A DNA stretch of 64,000 bases, counting the filler, from Conidiobolus incongruus B7586 (taxonomy: Eukaryota), in NCBI GenBank assembly GCA_000697335.1. It is 14 parts of 14 records of this genome, joined end to end, with 100 filler letters (N's around TTAATTAATTAA, not from the genome) between each part and the next. Parts side by side here need not be neighbours in the genome. Positions count along the whole stretch, not along the records: positions 1 to 6,735 come from JNEM01006430.1; positions 6,836 to 8,458 come from JNEM01006435.1; positions 8,559 to 10,438 come from JNEM01006436.1; positions 10,539 to 24,209 come from JNEM01006437.1; 10 more parts are not named here. One strand, given 5' to 3'. Position numbers and translations under genes: made by a program. Within the stretch, counting starts at the first letter, position 1. The number at the start of each line of letters is the position of its first letter. The notes under the pieces are model-generated. The model saw only the letters and a program-made list of their open reading frames with translations, was not told the DNA's origin and made no database searches. This document shows positions 1 through 14,959 of the stretch, piece after piece.

Positions 1-1102
1 AAATATAATAACTTATTAAAATTAACTTTCTAATAAAAAATATATATTATAAAATTAATAAAAAAATTTAATATTAAAATTTCAAAAATCAATTTTAATT
101 ACCAATAAAAAATAAAAACAAATTAAATAATATTTTTTATTTTAATTAAATATTTATCAAAATATTTTGATATTAATTATATAAGCATATTATATATATA
201 TATTCAAGTTTAAATTTAAATTATTTAATAATAATATAAATAAATAGCCTAAAATATAATTAAATCTTAAAAAACTTAAAATAGCTATAATTAAATAAAG
301 CTTACCAAGGAATAACTAATAATTACAGGTTTTATAAAAATTATTCTAAATAAAAAATTATGAATCTTTTTATATAATTTTTATTAGAGCATAAATTAAA
401 ATATTAACTTAAGATAAATTTTTAAATAAATTTATTTAATGAAATATTTATTTATAAGCAAATTTTGGTTATAATATTAGATCAAAAAAACATATATTAT
501 TTTTATTCAATTTTTATAAATATATCAATTAATAATAAGTTTAATAATATATATTAAATAAAACTATTTTTAATTAATATTTTTAATATAATTTAAAGAC
601 AATAATTATTTTTATATAATAATTAGAAACTATAAAGTTAGAGTTATAAAAATTATTTAATTAAAAATATTTTACAAAAGTTATTACATTTAATACATTT
701 ATTAGATCAAAACTTATATAATTATGGTTATTTTAAGCAATTAATAAATTAACCTATACTAAAATTTCTATAAATATATATAATTAGTTTGTGAAATATT
801 CAATCTTAGTCTTTAATAAAAAGAACTATTTTTCAGTGTTAGAAGATTATTAAAAATATAGCATAAAGTCATTAATAATAAGAAAGAGTATCTATTTTAT
901 ATTATATATTTATTCTTGTCCACCATATATTGAAATGTATATTTATTTTCAATCTCAAAAAAGCCTCATTACTTAAAATCCAGAGTAATACTTGAAATAT
1001 ATTGATAAAAGAATATAAAAAAATTTACAGAATTATATAGCATTTTACAATATGAAGAAAAAATTCAATATTGAATTGAAATTGTTAAACAAATAATTCA
1101 AA

Positions 1103-1350
1103 TTAAAATGAGAACTGTTGCGGTTGATCGCGGCAATTAGCTCTTTGAGTGTCATCTAGGACACTGACACAGCCATTGTGTAGGCCAGATTGTGAGGCAT
1201 AGCACTTACCAACTTGGGTAAACTATAGATTATTATTTCTCTAACCATCCAGCCATGATCGCTTGTAAACGGGGCGTTGAAAAGAGCGATTAGACCAGTA
1301 GCAACAGTGGTGGTGTGAGGATCCAGCGTACTTAGAGAATTGTATTACCA
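1103..1350 (-). pseudogene. Possible relic of a small Cys-rich protein gene (no start codon found)
   Basis: GC-richer island. The minus strand reads SKYAGSSHHHCCYWSNRSFQRPVYKRSWLD, then a 33-nt GT-AG intron (1213-1245), then VGKCYASQSGLHNGCVSVLDDTQRANCRDQPQQFSF* (stop at 1103-1105). The upstream frame is closed by TGA, and the intron is shorter than the 50-58 nt introns seen elsewhere. Confidence 0.35.
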
Positions 1351-2572
1351 AATATCAATAAGAACAAGTATAGAGTGAATAATGGTAGTTAAATCAATTT
1401 GAGCTACAGGCAGCTACTTGAGTATATTAAAAGAGTGGTTTTTGGAAGTAGAAAAAAGGTTTATTTGTATAAAGGAGAGGAGAGTAAACAAGTGGGGGAA
1501 AAGGAAGAGTCCTTCCTATAATTAAATGAAATATATTGGAATAAGTATTCAACAAGTGTTGGGTCAATGAAATAGTATCATTTTCTCTAATACTAAATAG
1601 ATATTGAGTAATTTCTAACTTCCTGCATAATTGTCAAGTTATATTAGTCAAAGTCCAACGATCGGTATAATCATATTTATAGATTGTCGATTTCAATTAA
1701 ATCAAGAATTAATTGATAATCAATTATTATTTTCAATATCATCGAAAAAGTTCATTGTTATAATTTAATATGAATTTTATATTGATTAATTTAGGATTGT
1801 ATATTTTCTTTACCATTTTACTATATTATTAAGATAATTCAAATTATTTTATATATTTAATATAAACTTAATATTATCAAAGCATTTTAGTTAATTTTCC
1901 ATTTATATTAATTAAATTTCGAATTGGTAATATATATTGTATATCTATTCACTTACAAAGGTTTAACCCTCTCACACTAAACATGCTCATATATTATTAA
2001 AATTAATTAACATTAATATTATCCATGTGACATTTTTCATCTTTTTCGCCAAAAAACGGTAAATTAAAATAAGCCTTTTTATTTAAATGAATTTTAGTTA
2101 GGTTTCTTATTAAACCCTGAATAATTACATTCTTCCGCACTATTCATAATACATCTAATATGACCAATTACTGAATGTGCCCATTATTTTTAAATTCTCG
2201 ACTCAATAAATTATTGTTAAACTTTTCAACAAACAAACTATAAGCAAAATTCACTCAAAATTTACCGGCATTTCAAACAATCTTATTGATTTTTTAAGCT
2301 GAATTGGTAATGTTTGAGTCATATCATATTTTGAAAAGTGAATAATCTAATTAAAGATTAAGAAATTGGATCCACAAAACCAAGTCTCGAGATTATAAAA
2401 TCTTTTGCTGAAAAGAGAATAGATTAACCAAATATTTATTACTAAACTGGCAATTATTAAATCAAATCTGGTAATTCAATTCTCCTTGTCTTGAAGAATT
2501 TTAGTCAATTATAAATACGTCATTGATTCACTCTGAATACATCAATTTGATTCTTTTTTATACATTTACTAA

Positions 2573-5209
2573 ATGCCAAAGGATATTTTTGAAATTCCCT
2601 CTCGATTCATTAATTATAAGGAGAATAACTTACCTAAACCCAATATCTTGGGTAAGGAGGCTTATGAAAAGTTGTATAAAGAAAGTATTACCAACCCAAC
2701 CAAGTTTTGGAATGAAGTAATTCATATTAAATAAAAATATTTTTGTCTACTTTACTAAGTTCCCACTTTAGAAAGCTCAAGAACTTGTCAATTGGTTTAA
2801 ACCTTATGACAAAGTACTCTCAGGGTGACTTATTTTATAATTCTTAGTCGATATCATTTAATAATTTTATTTGATAGATCCCTTAAAGAAGGGAACGTCA
2901 AATGGTTTGAAGGTGGTAGCCTAAATGCCAGTTACAACTGTGTCGATCGTCACGCAGCTACCAAACCCAACTCTGTATGTTTCTCTAAAATATATCTACC
3001 AAATATAGTTAACTTATATAAAATCTTAGATTGCAATTAACTATGAGGGTGACGAACCCAACTCGGGTTACAAATTGACCTATCGAGAATTAAAAGACAA
3101 GGTATCACAATTTGCCAACTTGTTGAAGAGTAAAGGTATCAACAAGGGTGATACTGTGGCTGTTTATATGCCCATGATTCCCGAAGCAGTCATTAGTTTA
3201 CTTGCTTGTGCTAGACTTGGAGCTATTCACTCGTAATTTTCTCAAATAATTACTCTGAATTTTAAACTCAGTCAGATTTTTAGAGTTGTTTTTGCTGGAT
3301 TTTCATCAAATTCTCTAGCTCAAAGAATTCAACAATGTAAAGCCAAAGTATTGTTGGTCGCCAATGAAGGTAAAAGAGGTGGAAAATCTATTCCCTTAAA
3401 GAAAATTGCTGATGAAGCATTGGAAACCTGTTCTTCAGTCCAGGTATATTTTCATAATATTATTCATGAAAAATTTAAATAATATATAATATGATAGACT
3501 GTCATTGTATTTGATCGCACAAACACTAAGGTTAATATGAAACCTGGAAGAGATATTAAATGGACTGAATCAGTATGATTAGTTAATTATCAAATACAAT
3601 ATCAATAATCTAATTTGATGGTTTTATTAGAATAATCAATCTAAGGACTGTCCACCAGTGCCTGTATCATCTGAACATCCACTTTTCATTTTGTATACTT
3701 CAGGAAGGTTAGAAATATTAAAAATTTACAATATTAAAATATAGTAATTTGAATTAGTACTGGAGCTCCTAAGGGTTTAGTTCATACCACTGGTGGTTAC
3801 TTGGTTGGTGCAGCTTTAACTACTAAATACATTTTTGATGCCCATCCTGGTGATGTGTTTGGATGTACCGCTGACGTCGGGTATGTTAAATAATTTAATC
3901 AATTATAATTATCATTTTAACACTTTATAAAGTTGGATTACAGGACATACCTATGTTACTTATGGTCCTCTCATGCTTGGATTAGAAACTGTTCTCCTTG
4001 AAAGTATTCCCACCTTTCCGCAACCAGATCGTTACTGGTAAGTCAATTTTTTATAGTAATTGGAATCTCTATTTAACTTTGAAATTTCAGGAAAATGGTT
4101 GAAGATCATAAAATTACCCAATTTTACACTTCGCCCACTGCTTTAAGATCATTACGTAAATTGGGCAATAAATGGGTTCAACCATATAAAATGGAATCAT
4201 TAAGAGTTTTGGGAACAGTAGGAGAACCAATTGACCCAGAGGTAACATTAGCACTCATATACATTTGCTAACTTTATTTAATTCATTTCATCTAGACTTG
4301 GAAATGGTATCATAGCCAAGTTGGTAAAGGAAGATGTACTATTGTCGATACTTACTGGCAAACTGAAACTGGTTCAATTATTGTTTCTCCTCTTCCAGCT
4401 GCATCCAAAACTAAGCCAGGATCTGCAGTTCAACCTTTCTTTGGAATCGATCTTGTACTTTTGGATCCTCAAAATGGAAAGGTTTTAGAAGGAAATAATG
4501 TTCAAGGATTGGTTGCTATTCGTCAACCATGGCCTTCTATGGCTAGAACTGTTTATGGTGCTCATGACCGCTATATGAAAGGTTATTTTACACCTTACCC
4601 TGGATTCTATTTTACTGGAGATGGTGGACGTAGAGATGAAGATGGGTTTGTCTGGATCACTGGTCGTGTTGATGGTAAAAGAATTGATCAATTTCTCTGA
4701 ATGTATTCTTACTATTTCTATTTTAGATGTGATTAATGTATCTGGACATCGTCTCAGCACCTCAGAATTGGAATCTACTATTAATTCAGATTCTAGAGTT
4801 GCCGAATCTGCTGCGGTTGCCATTCCTGATGAGATTACAGGTCAAGCAATCTGCTGCTTTATTACATTGAAGCCCGAATTCCAAGACCAAATCAAGGACC
4901 ACCAGAAAATAACTGATTCAATTGTCAATCTTATTCGCGCTAAAATCGGTGGATTTGCTTCTCCTAAAAAGACTGTATTAGTCACCGATCTTCCTAAGAC
5001 TAGATCTGGAAAGATTGTCAGAAGAGTGTTAAGAAAAGCAATTGTTGGGGACCATGATTTCGGAGATTTAAGCTCTGTTGCTGATCCTAGGTAAATCTTT
5101 TTATCAATACAACCTTTCTTCATTAACTAAAGATTATAATAGTGTCGTTCAGGCCATTATCAAACAAATTCAAGCTCAATTAGGAACTCCCATCACTCCT
5201 AAGCTCTAA
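2573..5209 (+). CDS. acs: Acetyl-CoA synthetase (AMP-forming), 13 exons
   Basis: Manual splicing gives a continuous ORF from MPKDIFEIP to GTPITPKL*. The 12 GT-AG introns are 2717-2771, 2825-2877, 2975-3029, 3233-3283, 3444-3497, 3573-3630, 3708-3757, 3881-3932, 4038-4090, 4242-4295, 4675-4726 and 5091-5142. Motifs: [23 protein letters not shown] (AMP-binding), [51 protein letters not shown]. Confidence 0.96.
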
Positions 5210-6835
5210 ACGGCTTTCGAGTCATTCATATTTTCATTATTTTGTTTGAGATATATTACTATATGAAATCATTATTAACACATTGATATAATAAAATATC
5301 TTTATATTTTAAATTTTTTATTTACATAACAAAATACCATTGAGTCTTTCATTATAATTAAAAAATCTATTAATAATTGATTAATATACTATAATTACAA
5401 TGAAATTCAATTTTAATTCATAAGATATTTAAAATTATATATTTATTGATATTTTTTCAAAAAATTCTGATAAAATCATATTAATTATCTAATACACATA
5501 TTGTATTGATATATATTATAATACTTATATTATTAATTTAACTTGATACTAATGTTTTTTATCAACTCCATATTTTATTGAATAAATTTTAATTAATATT
5601 TTTCATTTTAGTAAAATTTAAATTTGTATAGATAATAATAATAAATTTATTATTAAATTTAGATTGAATTTGAATGATAATAATAATAATAATGATAATA
5701 GCATTGTACCAGTTTTAGATAACTGATTCATATATTATATATTATCTCAATTAATAGAATATCACTCTATATTCTTACATATCATTCACTCTTTATTGAT
5801 ATGATTGATTATATGATCTTATATATATTATTCCAAATTTATTTTATTTTAATAAAATAAAGAATTTATTAAATTTTTCAAAAGATTTTGAGTATATATC
5901 AAAATCAGTAATTCTTGCCAGATTATAAGTTTGAAATAATAATCCTTAAATAATCTAAAAGTGAAATATATAATTTTTATAATATATATATTAATTTATA
6001 TTAAGTATTTATTATAATTAATATATTTATCTTAAGGTTATTATTTGATTATTTAAATATCCTCCATTTTTTATTTTTAAAGAGAATTTATAAATTAAAT
6101 ATATTTGGATTATATCCGACTAATATATTAAAATAAATATATCATTTAAATATCTATTCAATAAATATTTCCTTCTAATAAAATAAAGTATAATAATGTT
6201 TTATATTAGAAAAAATTAATAAACATTATTTTATATATTTCCAATAGTTTATATTGATTACAAATATTTAAAGATCCTTTAATAACCAATTTATTTTTGG
6301 TGATATTGCTAATAAAACAGTTTATTACAATTTAGAAACTAAATTTCTTAGTCCCATAAATATTGAGTTAAATTACCTTGTAATCAAAAATTAATGATGA
6401 ATAAAAAGGACCTCCTTATTTTGTTTAAAAAACCAATAATAATAATAATAATAATACTATATATATAATATACTCAAAATGGTTTTTTTTAATTATTTAT
6501 ATATTTATAATATGACCTTGTTATTAAAAAATATATAGCCATATTTATTACTATATTCTTAATAATATAAAAAAAAATAATTAAATAATATATTCAAATA
6601 AATATCAATTAAAAACCAAATATTAAAACTTAAAAAATCCTTAATTTAAATATTATTATAAGATTATAAATAAAAAATAATTTATTTTTATTATTTTTGC
6701 ATGAATGTCTAAGTTATATATAGAATTTTATTTTGNNNNNNNNNNNNNNNNNNNNNNNNNNNNNNNNNNNNNNNNNNNNTTAATTAATTAANNNNNNNNN
6801 NNNNNNNNNNNNNNNNNNNNNNNNNNNNNNNNNNN

Positions 6836-9800
6836 TATCTATAGTTTAATTAATTATAAATTATATGATTAATTTATACTTTTATAATTAAATTAATTTT
6901 ATAAATAAATTATAATTATTCAATAAACAAAGTTTTTTTCCTTTCAAAAACCTTATTATTTATTATTTTTTATTTTATTCTTAAGATTAAGAATATATTT
7001 TCTTAATATTATAATATATTAGCATTATTTAATATAAATCTTAATATATCAGTGATTTATTTTAATACAAGGCTTAATTAAATTTTGTTTATTTTTCTAT
7101 ATTATATTAATATTTTCTATATTACACTATTATTATATTAAGTTTTCTTTTATATTATTTTAATTATTTTATTATTATTATAAGCTAGATAATTTTTTTT
7201 CTTTATAATATGCTTATTTCAACTAAATATAAAAGTTATTCCCTTTTTATATAACCAATTATTTTAATTTTACCCTTTAATCAGCTAATAATACAATTCT
7301 CCAAAAAACTCCAAAAACTTTCACTCTATATACTATATATAGAACCCAGAAAACAAAGCTATTTTGTATAAAAGAAGTTTAATCTGGGTTCTCCCAATTA
7401 TTTAGCTTAAACCAATAAACCCCCTATTTTTTTAATTTTTACCTAAAATTCCTTAGATCTGTTTTTTTGCTTATATTATTCTAGACATAGTTTTCCAAAG
7501 ATATATTACTATTATTCTTATATTAATGTTTTTAAACTTATAAGTAAACTATCTTTTAAATATAATATTATATATAAAATTAAACTTTTTATTAATATTA
7601 AATTATACTTAAAACTTACTTATCATTTATTATATAAAAAATATCAAACTTTAAAAAAAGAAATTTAAATATCACTTAAAAATAAATATATTATACTTTT
7701 TTATCTTAATAAAAAGATTTTTAATTCTTTTTGTCTAAAAAGTTGATGATAGTTAAAAATTATATATTAATAGTTATATTTTAAATTTTAAATTTATTAA
7801 AAATAGAATTATTTTATTAAACCAATATAATATTTAAAATGAATTATTTAAATCAATTATACTCAGCAAATTATATATTAAACATAAATATTATAATATT
7901 AAAATTGAAGAAAATTCTATTTTTTTAATTATTTTTAATATTTTTTAAGCTATGATAAATTTTCTATAATATATTTGAACTATATAATATCTTTATAATA
8001 TTTACTTAATTTGTTAATTTTATTATCAATTTTGAATAGGTTTATTATAATATATTTAAATAATATTTTAATTTATTCAATAAATAAAAAGAATATTTTT
8101 AATATTTTAACTATTTTTATCAATTATTCAAAAATATAAATTATTTTTAAAACCTTCAAAATATATTTTTAATTTGATTTATATTATTTTCTATAGTTAT
8201 ATTGTTTTTTCTTAAGAAATTAAAATTAATCTAATTAAACTCAATAGTGTAAAAGCTTTTGTTATATTTATAAACAAAATTACCTAATATTTACATTTAA
8301 ATCATTAAATTATTTTAAAGATTTTATAGATTCTTTTATTAAACTTATTATCTTTTTAATTAATTTCTTAAAAAATAACTTTGTTTCAATAAACACTATT
8401 ATATATTTCTTCTATAATTGCTTTGATTTTCTATATTTCTAATATTTTTATTTTATTTNNNNNNNNNNNNNNNNNNNNNNNNNNNNNNNNNNNNNNNNNN
8501 NNTTAATTAATTAANNNNNNNNNNNNNNNNNNNNNNNNNNNNNNNNNNNNNNNNNNNNTATATCTTTAATATTCTTAAGATTTAAAAAATAATATTTAAT
8601 AAATATCATAATTTATTTATTAAAGGATTTTAAAATTAATTAAAGATTATTAAGAGAATCAAAGCAAAAGATTACTAGTTTTTCTTAATTAAATGAATTT
8701 AGAGATATAATAATATTTATAATATATATTTAAAGAATAAATATAACTTTTAATTGAAATATAATAAACTTATTCTTATATAGATCCTTAATAAAAATTA
8801 ATAACAAATTAAACTTATTTTATAAAAACCTTTAAATTATCAAATAATTTTTATTACTTATTAATTGTAATTAATTTATTTTTTAAATATTTTTATTAAT
8901 TTTTTGGTTAAAAATTTTTATAATTAAAGATATTATAAATTATTTTTTTTATATTTTTACCTATTATAAAATTTTATAAACTATTATATTAAATAAAAAT
9001 ATATAATTTTATTCTTGATTTTAGAAGTTATTATTTTTTCTCTTAAGATTATACTAATTAATTTATTACTAATTATCACCAAATTAATAAACTTATTAAA
9101 AAAATTATTAAAACCTTAAAGCAAATAATTAAAACTTAAATTAATATCAATCAATTAAATTAAAATACCAATATCTATTAACTTTAATATTTATATAATA
9201 TTATTATTAATTAATCAACAAATTTTAACCTTTATTTTATTAATTATAATAAATATCTTAATTTAATCATTGTTTTAAGACTTTAACCTAACCTATCTTT
9301 AAATGTTATGAAATTTCAATCTAATATTATATATATTAATCTATTTGTTAAATTTAATCTAAAAGAAAATTAAAGGATTATAAAATATTAATAATCAAAG
9401 TTATCTAAACAAACTTTTAAATATAAAACTATTGTATTTGTTTATTTAAGATAATTAATCTTTAAACTTATTTATTTAAATTTACTTGAATATAAAATAC
9501 CTATTATTATATTATAATTTTTATAAAATATAATTTATTGATTTATATTTTGAAAATATTAATTTAGAATTATTTTTAATTATGAAGATTAATTTTATCT
9601 TTATTATATATAAAATCAAACTTTATTTTAAAAATTTTAATATTACTATAGAATTGAAGAAATGGGAAATTTTTTAATTTCTGATTTTTCAAACATATTA
9701 TTAGTTTCAAATAAGCAAATATATACAAAACAAATAGGAAAATAGATAGTTTTGAATTATATATATATATATATAATAATTTTTTTGATTAAAAATGAAT

Positions 9801-11442
9801 TTTTTAAAATTAGTTGTTTAATTTAATCATGCTTAAACCAAATAGTGACCATCAAATTCTTTTATTTTAGTATCAGTAAAACTTAACCACAAACCCTCTA
9901 AAATCATTCAAAATTTACAAACAGCTTTTGGTAATAAAGCATTATCTAAATCAACAATTTATTGCTGGGTAAATTACTTTAAGGCTGGGAGAGAAACTAC
10001 CCAAAACTTGCCAAAATCTAGAAGACTAATTTCAACTGTCACTCTTCCAATTATTAATAAAGTAAAAAATTATATTGAAAAGCACCCTTTTATTTCAGCT
10101 AGAGAATTATCAAGACACTTTAATATTAGTCACATAAGTATTTTATATATATTAAAGTTTAAATTAAAATTAATTAATAAAAATGCAAAATGGGTACCTT
10201 ATAATTTAACTAAAGCTCAAAAAAAAGCTAGAGTAGCTATTGCTAAACAAAACTTACTAAGGTATAACTAGAAACCAAGGCTTTTACAGTGAATTATTGC
10301 AATTGATGAATCTTAGATTCCTTTGTACAATCCTTTGCCAAAACATAAATCAAGGTGTTGGATTAAACTAAATCAACCCCCTCCACAAATTCCTTTAAAT
10401 AAGCACTTTATTGATAAGTGAATGTTAATTGTAGCAATNNNNNNNNNNNNNNNNNNNNNNNNNNNNNNNNNNNNNNNNNNNNTTAATTAATTAANNNNNN
10501 NNNNNNNNNNNNNNNNNNNNNNNNNNNNNNNNNNNNNNTGTGATTATAATTGTTTTGGGCAATTAAAAAACCAGCTTGCAGGAAAGAAAATTTCTGCAGG
10601 AAAATTTAATTGGTTTGTGAAATATCAAATTTCAGTCCTTAATAAAAAGAACTGTTTTTTAGGTGTTAGATCTTTGCTAAAAGTATGGCAAAAAGTTATT
10701 AGAAATAAAGGAAATTATTAATTTTATATTATATATTTATTTTTACTTTGTATATATTAAAATGTTTATTTTTTTTCAATCACAAAAAATTCCCATTATT
10801 TAAATTACAAAGTAATATTATTTTAATTAAAACTTTAAAACCAAAATTAATTATTAATAAAAATAAAGAGAAAATAGTATATTTTTTATATAATAAAATT
10901 TAAATCTATTAAAATAAGCTTTATTCTGTTATAAAATAAATAGGCTATTTTATTAAAATAATTATTTGAGAATTATTATAAAATATTAGGAATATTTTAA
11001 CTTATTATATTTATTTATAGAAATCTAGGGACTATATTTCCTTTATTAAACTTATTAAAAAAATATTAAAAAACTATTTTTTTAAATTCTTATATATATT
11101 TTTATAAAATCTAATTATTTATTAATTATATAATTAATTTATACTTTTATAGTTAAATTAAATATATAAATTATTTTAAATAATTTAATAAGCCAGGTTT
11201 TTTTTAAAATATTATTTAATATTTTTTATATTATTCCTAAGGTTAAAACTATAATTTATTAATATAATAATATATTAATATTATTTAATATAAATCTTAA
11301 TATATTAGTGACTTATTTAAGTTCAAAGCTTAATTAAACTTTGTTTTTATTTTTATATTATATTATCATATTCCATGCCACATTATTTGATATCAAGTTA
11401 TCCTTTGTATTATATTGGTATTTTATTATTATATTTATAACA
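6836..11442 (+). mobile_element. Degenerate Ty3/Gypsy (chromovirus-type) LTR retrotransposon containing a nested mariner; spans two assembly gaps
   Basis: LTR-family copies lie at about 6836-7190 and 11064-11442; the latter ends TAACA and follows a purine run. 9060-9260 translates NYHQINKLIKKIIKTLKQ...LN*N...LYN...STNFNLYFINYNKY, a transition-eroded form of the gypsy integrase pattern HQTDGLVERxxKTLKQ...W...YN...TGFSPxxxxYGR. 10920-10990 translates K*IGYFIKIII*ELL*NIR, an eroded chromodomain (KWxGY...TWEP). Confidence 0.72.
9643..10815 (+). mobile_element. Mariner (DD34D) transposon copy A, defective, with an internal assembly gap
   Basis: TA-flanked imperfect TIRs (TTACTATAGAATTGAAGAAATGGGAA / TTCCCATTATTTAAATTACAAAGTAA). 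The transposase starts at ATG 9829, with an HTH region (AFGNKALSKSTIYCWVNYFKAG), WVPYNLT (the mariner WVPHEL motif) and IIAIDES. It carries a frameshift and in-frame stops. Confidence 0.9.
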
Positions 11443-12407
11443 AATTTGCTAAAATTATGGTAAAAGGATAGTTATAGTAAAATAATATATTAATTTTATA
11501 TTTGGTATTAGTTTAAATAATTTTATATTGATTTTTTTATCTAGATTTAATTTTAAAATCTTACCTTTATTAAATCTATATTTTAATATTAAAATTCTAT
11601 CTATATATATTTAATATATTATATATTTTAATTAATTATAATTATTTAAAGATTCATTTTTATTGAATAATGTTAACTGTAAATATAAAATAAATTTCTT
11701 TATTTCTATATATTATATAGTAAAAAGTTAGTTTTGATATATTTTTCAATTAAATAATAATTTTTAAATTAAAATTTTTCATAATATTATAAAATTTATA
11801 TTAAATATATCTATAATTATTTTTTTTAAATTTAAAAAATATCAAAATTTTTAAACTAAAATAATAATATAAATTATTAATATAGTTTCATTCACAAAAT
11901 ATAATATCAAAATAATATAATTTTTCCAATATAAAATATATAATATAAAGAGTTAATAATTATAAGAAATGATAATATAGTGTATAAAAATTTTATGATT
12001 ATAATATAAAGGTTAAATGAAATTTTTACTATAATTTCAAAAATAAAAAATATTATTAAATGTTTCATAAAAAATTCAAAAATTATATATATTTGATATT
12101 TTATTGTATAAATGCTTAAAGTGATATTAATTTGAAATTAATATTTAACAAATTTTTATTCCTTTATGAAAGAAAAGATTTAAAATAATTAATCAAAAAA
12201 GAATATAAATTATAATTCAATAAAAATATAAATTTAATTAGAATATTAATTGAAATGATTAAAAATTAGTCAAGTTCTCGATCAAGAACCACTAAAAAAT
12301 ATCTAACCTTGGTACCACAAAGTATTAGTTATATTATGCTAAGGCTTAGAATTTGCTAATATTGAAATATTTTTATTAATTGAGCGTGATTTTTAATAAA
12401 TAAAAAT

Positions 12408-13040
12408 ATTAAAAATATAATACAATTCATTGCAAGGTTTTTAATAGTTTCAGGTGTCTTTAGTGGTAATTGTTAACCTGAATTTTTAGATCAAGTTGGT
12501 TATAATGCTGATAAATATACTTGTTCTTGTGATTGTCGCGAAAGAAAGTTCTAAGGTGAATACTATGGCGAAATTAAGGACTATAAAGCGGTATATTTCA
12601 ACATGTTGAAACCCACCATATTCGTATTTTTATAGACTGTATTCCATGTATTATTATTAGTCAAAATATTAATAAGGTATTGGTGAATAATTGCGAACTT
12701 AGATATCACGTTCTATTCTTAGGCGCAGTTGCTTTAAACTGTAAATTTTACGACTATTGGTGTACCTGCAATAACCTTAAAGATGAATTCTATCCAGTGC
12801 CTTGTACTCTAACATTTTTTATTATCACAAGATTTTTCTTAATAGTTGTGAAATATAATTTACTTGATTGAGATTTTTATATTCGAAGTATACAATCACA
12901 TATAATCTGTTCAATATTTTTATCTCATCTAACGATTGGTTTATATGTTCAAGGATTCGAGCATTTACTGCAACGAATTGAGAAGGTAAGAGTTATTATG
13001 CTTTTGATTAGTTTATCATTGGTATGTATCATTCTAAATA
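12408..13040 (+). pseudogene. Pseudogene copy of the membrane-protein family at 21746-22468
   Basis: Aligns by eye to the intact copy (e.g. gcaaggtttttaatagtttcaggtgtc, caaggattcgagcatttact). The ATG has become ATT, there is a 5-nt deletion, an in-frame TAA (ttc taa ggt) and further indels. Confidence 0.9.
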
Positions 13041-14959
13041 TTTTTTTATATTCGTTAGGCTATTTTCACTATAATTTGAATTCCTATTTATTGAAACATT
13101 TAATAATAAATTCACCATTTACATTTTTACTGATAATTTCTTATATCATTATCAATACCTATTAGTTTCATTAAAATATTTCACACAATTATAGGTTTAC
13201 TATAAACTTTTACAAAGATTAATTTCTTTTTAATTGTGCTCAATTTGAATTAAATACTGAAAAGCTTTATCACCATGTAATAAATTAAATATAAAAATTT
13301 TTAATTTTTTACAATCAAATAAAGAATAAAAATGGTTTTAGGATGATTAGTCAGTGCAAAATGGTATAATAAAATGTAATAGAATAACTATATTACTTGC
13401 TATAATAATAATATTAAATTTGTGAAATTAATAGATAATTTAAAAATATTTAATAGTAATGACATTCATAATTTGATGAAATTTTTAAGAGCGTTTTTAT
13501 GATTAAATAAAAAGAATCAATGTTATTAAATTTATTAGTCTATTTCCAAATAGCAGAAATAAAAATATTCAAAGCTAAATTACAATATATTAATTGATAT
13601 AAAAATAGAATTTGATACAAAGTTTAATAGTAGAATATTTTAATTGGTCAATTTGTAATGAATGAACTTATAAAAACATTTGAAAATATATTAAATAGTT
13701 TAAAATCATTAAATTAGTAAGAATGAATTAATTGTTCCTTAATTTTATAATTAAAATAAAAATAAATCGTATTTAATATTTATTTAATAATCAGTATTAT
13801 TTGCTTATTTATGATATAATTTATAATCTTATACATTATTATGTAATTTGGAATATTGGTTATTATTAATGTGACCTCACAAAGAGGATAATTAAAATTT
13901 GTTACCAAGTTTGTTTTTAAAAGTTATGAAAATTAATTAGAAAAAAAGTTAATACTATAATTTTGACAAATTCGGAAATTATTAACTAATATTTATTTAG
14001 AAACAAACAATAGATTCTATAATTTTGAGGAATATATACTAATAAAATTGAATTAGCTTCTCAGAATTAATTAAATTATTAATTATATTGCTAAGAGGTA
14101 TTTTTGATGTATTTATGATATTATCAAGTTGTTATTTATGTAATAAAGCAATCTATACAAGGGTTATCAGCAATGATACGAATATTCAAATATCTTGATA
14201 AAAATTGATTGATATATTTTTCAATTCATAAAGCTTATTTTTAACCTAATAAATATGGCGGTTTGATATAAAATATTAATACATAAACTGACTCTACATC
14301 CAAATATCATTCCCTTTATACATTATCTTTTTAATGAGTTGATCAAAAATCAAATAGCATGGAAGAATCATGATTTAAAATTATAATGAATAAAAAAAAT
14401 CCAAATATGGCTAAAATCATGCTTTTTAATAATTAACAATAGCAATAGAAAGACATAGGTAACTATATATATAACTCATATATTTACTATTACTTAAATT
14501 ATCGATCTTATAAAAACTTGAAATTACACTATTAATTTAAATACATTGCCATTAATTGTGGTGTTAAATGATATAAACAAGTCCACAATCATATATTGTA
14601 AAAGGTCAAATCTTAGTTCATGTATTTACTCTTGGCACTTTGATAATTGATGATAATCAAAAATTATTTGAAAATATAAATATAATTATAATTATTAATT
14701 ATTAAAAACAAGTTAAATTTGCATGACACCTTAAGAATATTTTTTGATTCTTGATTAATAGTATATAAAATAAAATACCTATTAAAATTATTTTTCAAAA
14801 ATTTCCATTTCCTAATATACTAATTTATCATTGGTCAGATGTTGCTAAACTTTGAAAAAAAATTTATTAAATTTGAAATTATTTCTTGTTTTTAAACTAT
14901 TTCATAAAGTTATATAGATTCAATTTAATAATTTTATCACGACTCTTTCAAAAAAAATT

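Noticed and set aside
1..800. Extremely AT-rich tract, like 5340-6735, 26550-27900 and 30910-31700, that may be erased TE
   Set aside because: I could not decode convincing transposase or retroelement motifs or termini, so it is not called.
4485..5123. Minus-strand ORFs 4485-4823 and 4842-5123, and + ORF 2523-2720
   Set aside because: These are antisense or off-frame shadows of ACS exons.
6780..6791. Recurrent palindrome TTAATTAATTAA between N runs, superficially like a repeat array
   Set aside because: It is an artificial six-frame-stop linker, always embedded in identical N padding.
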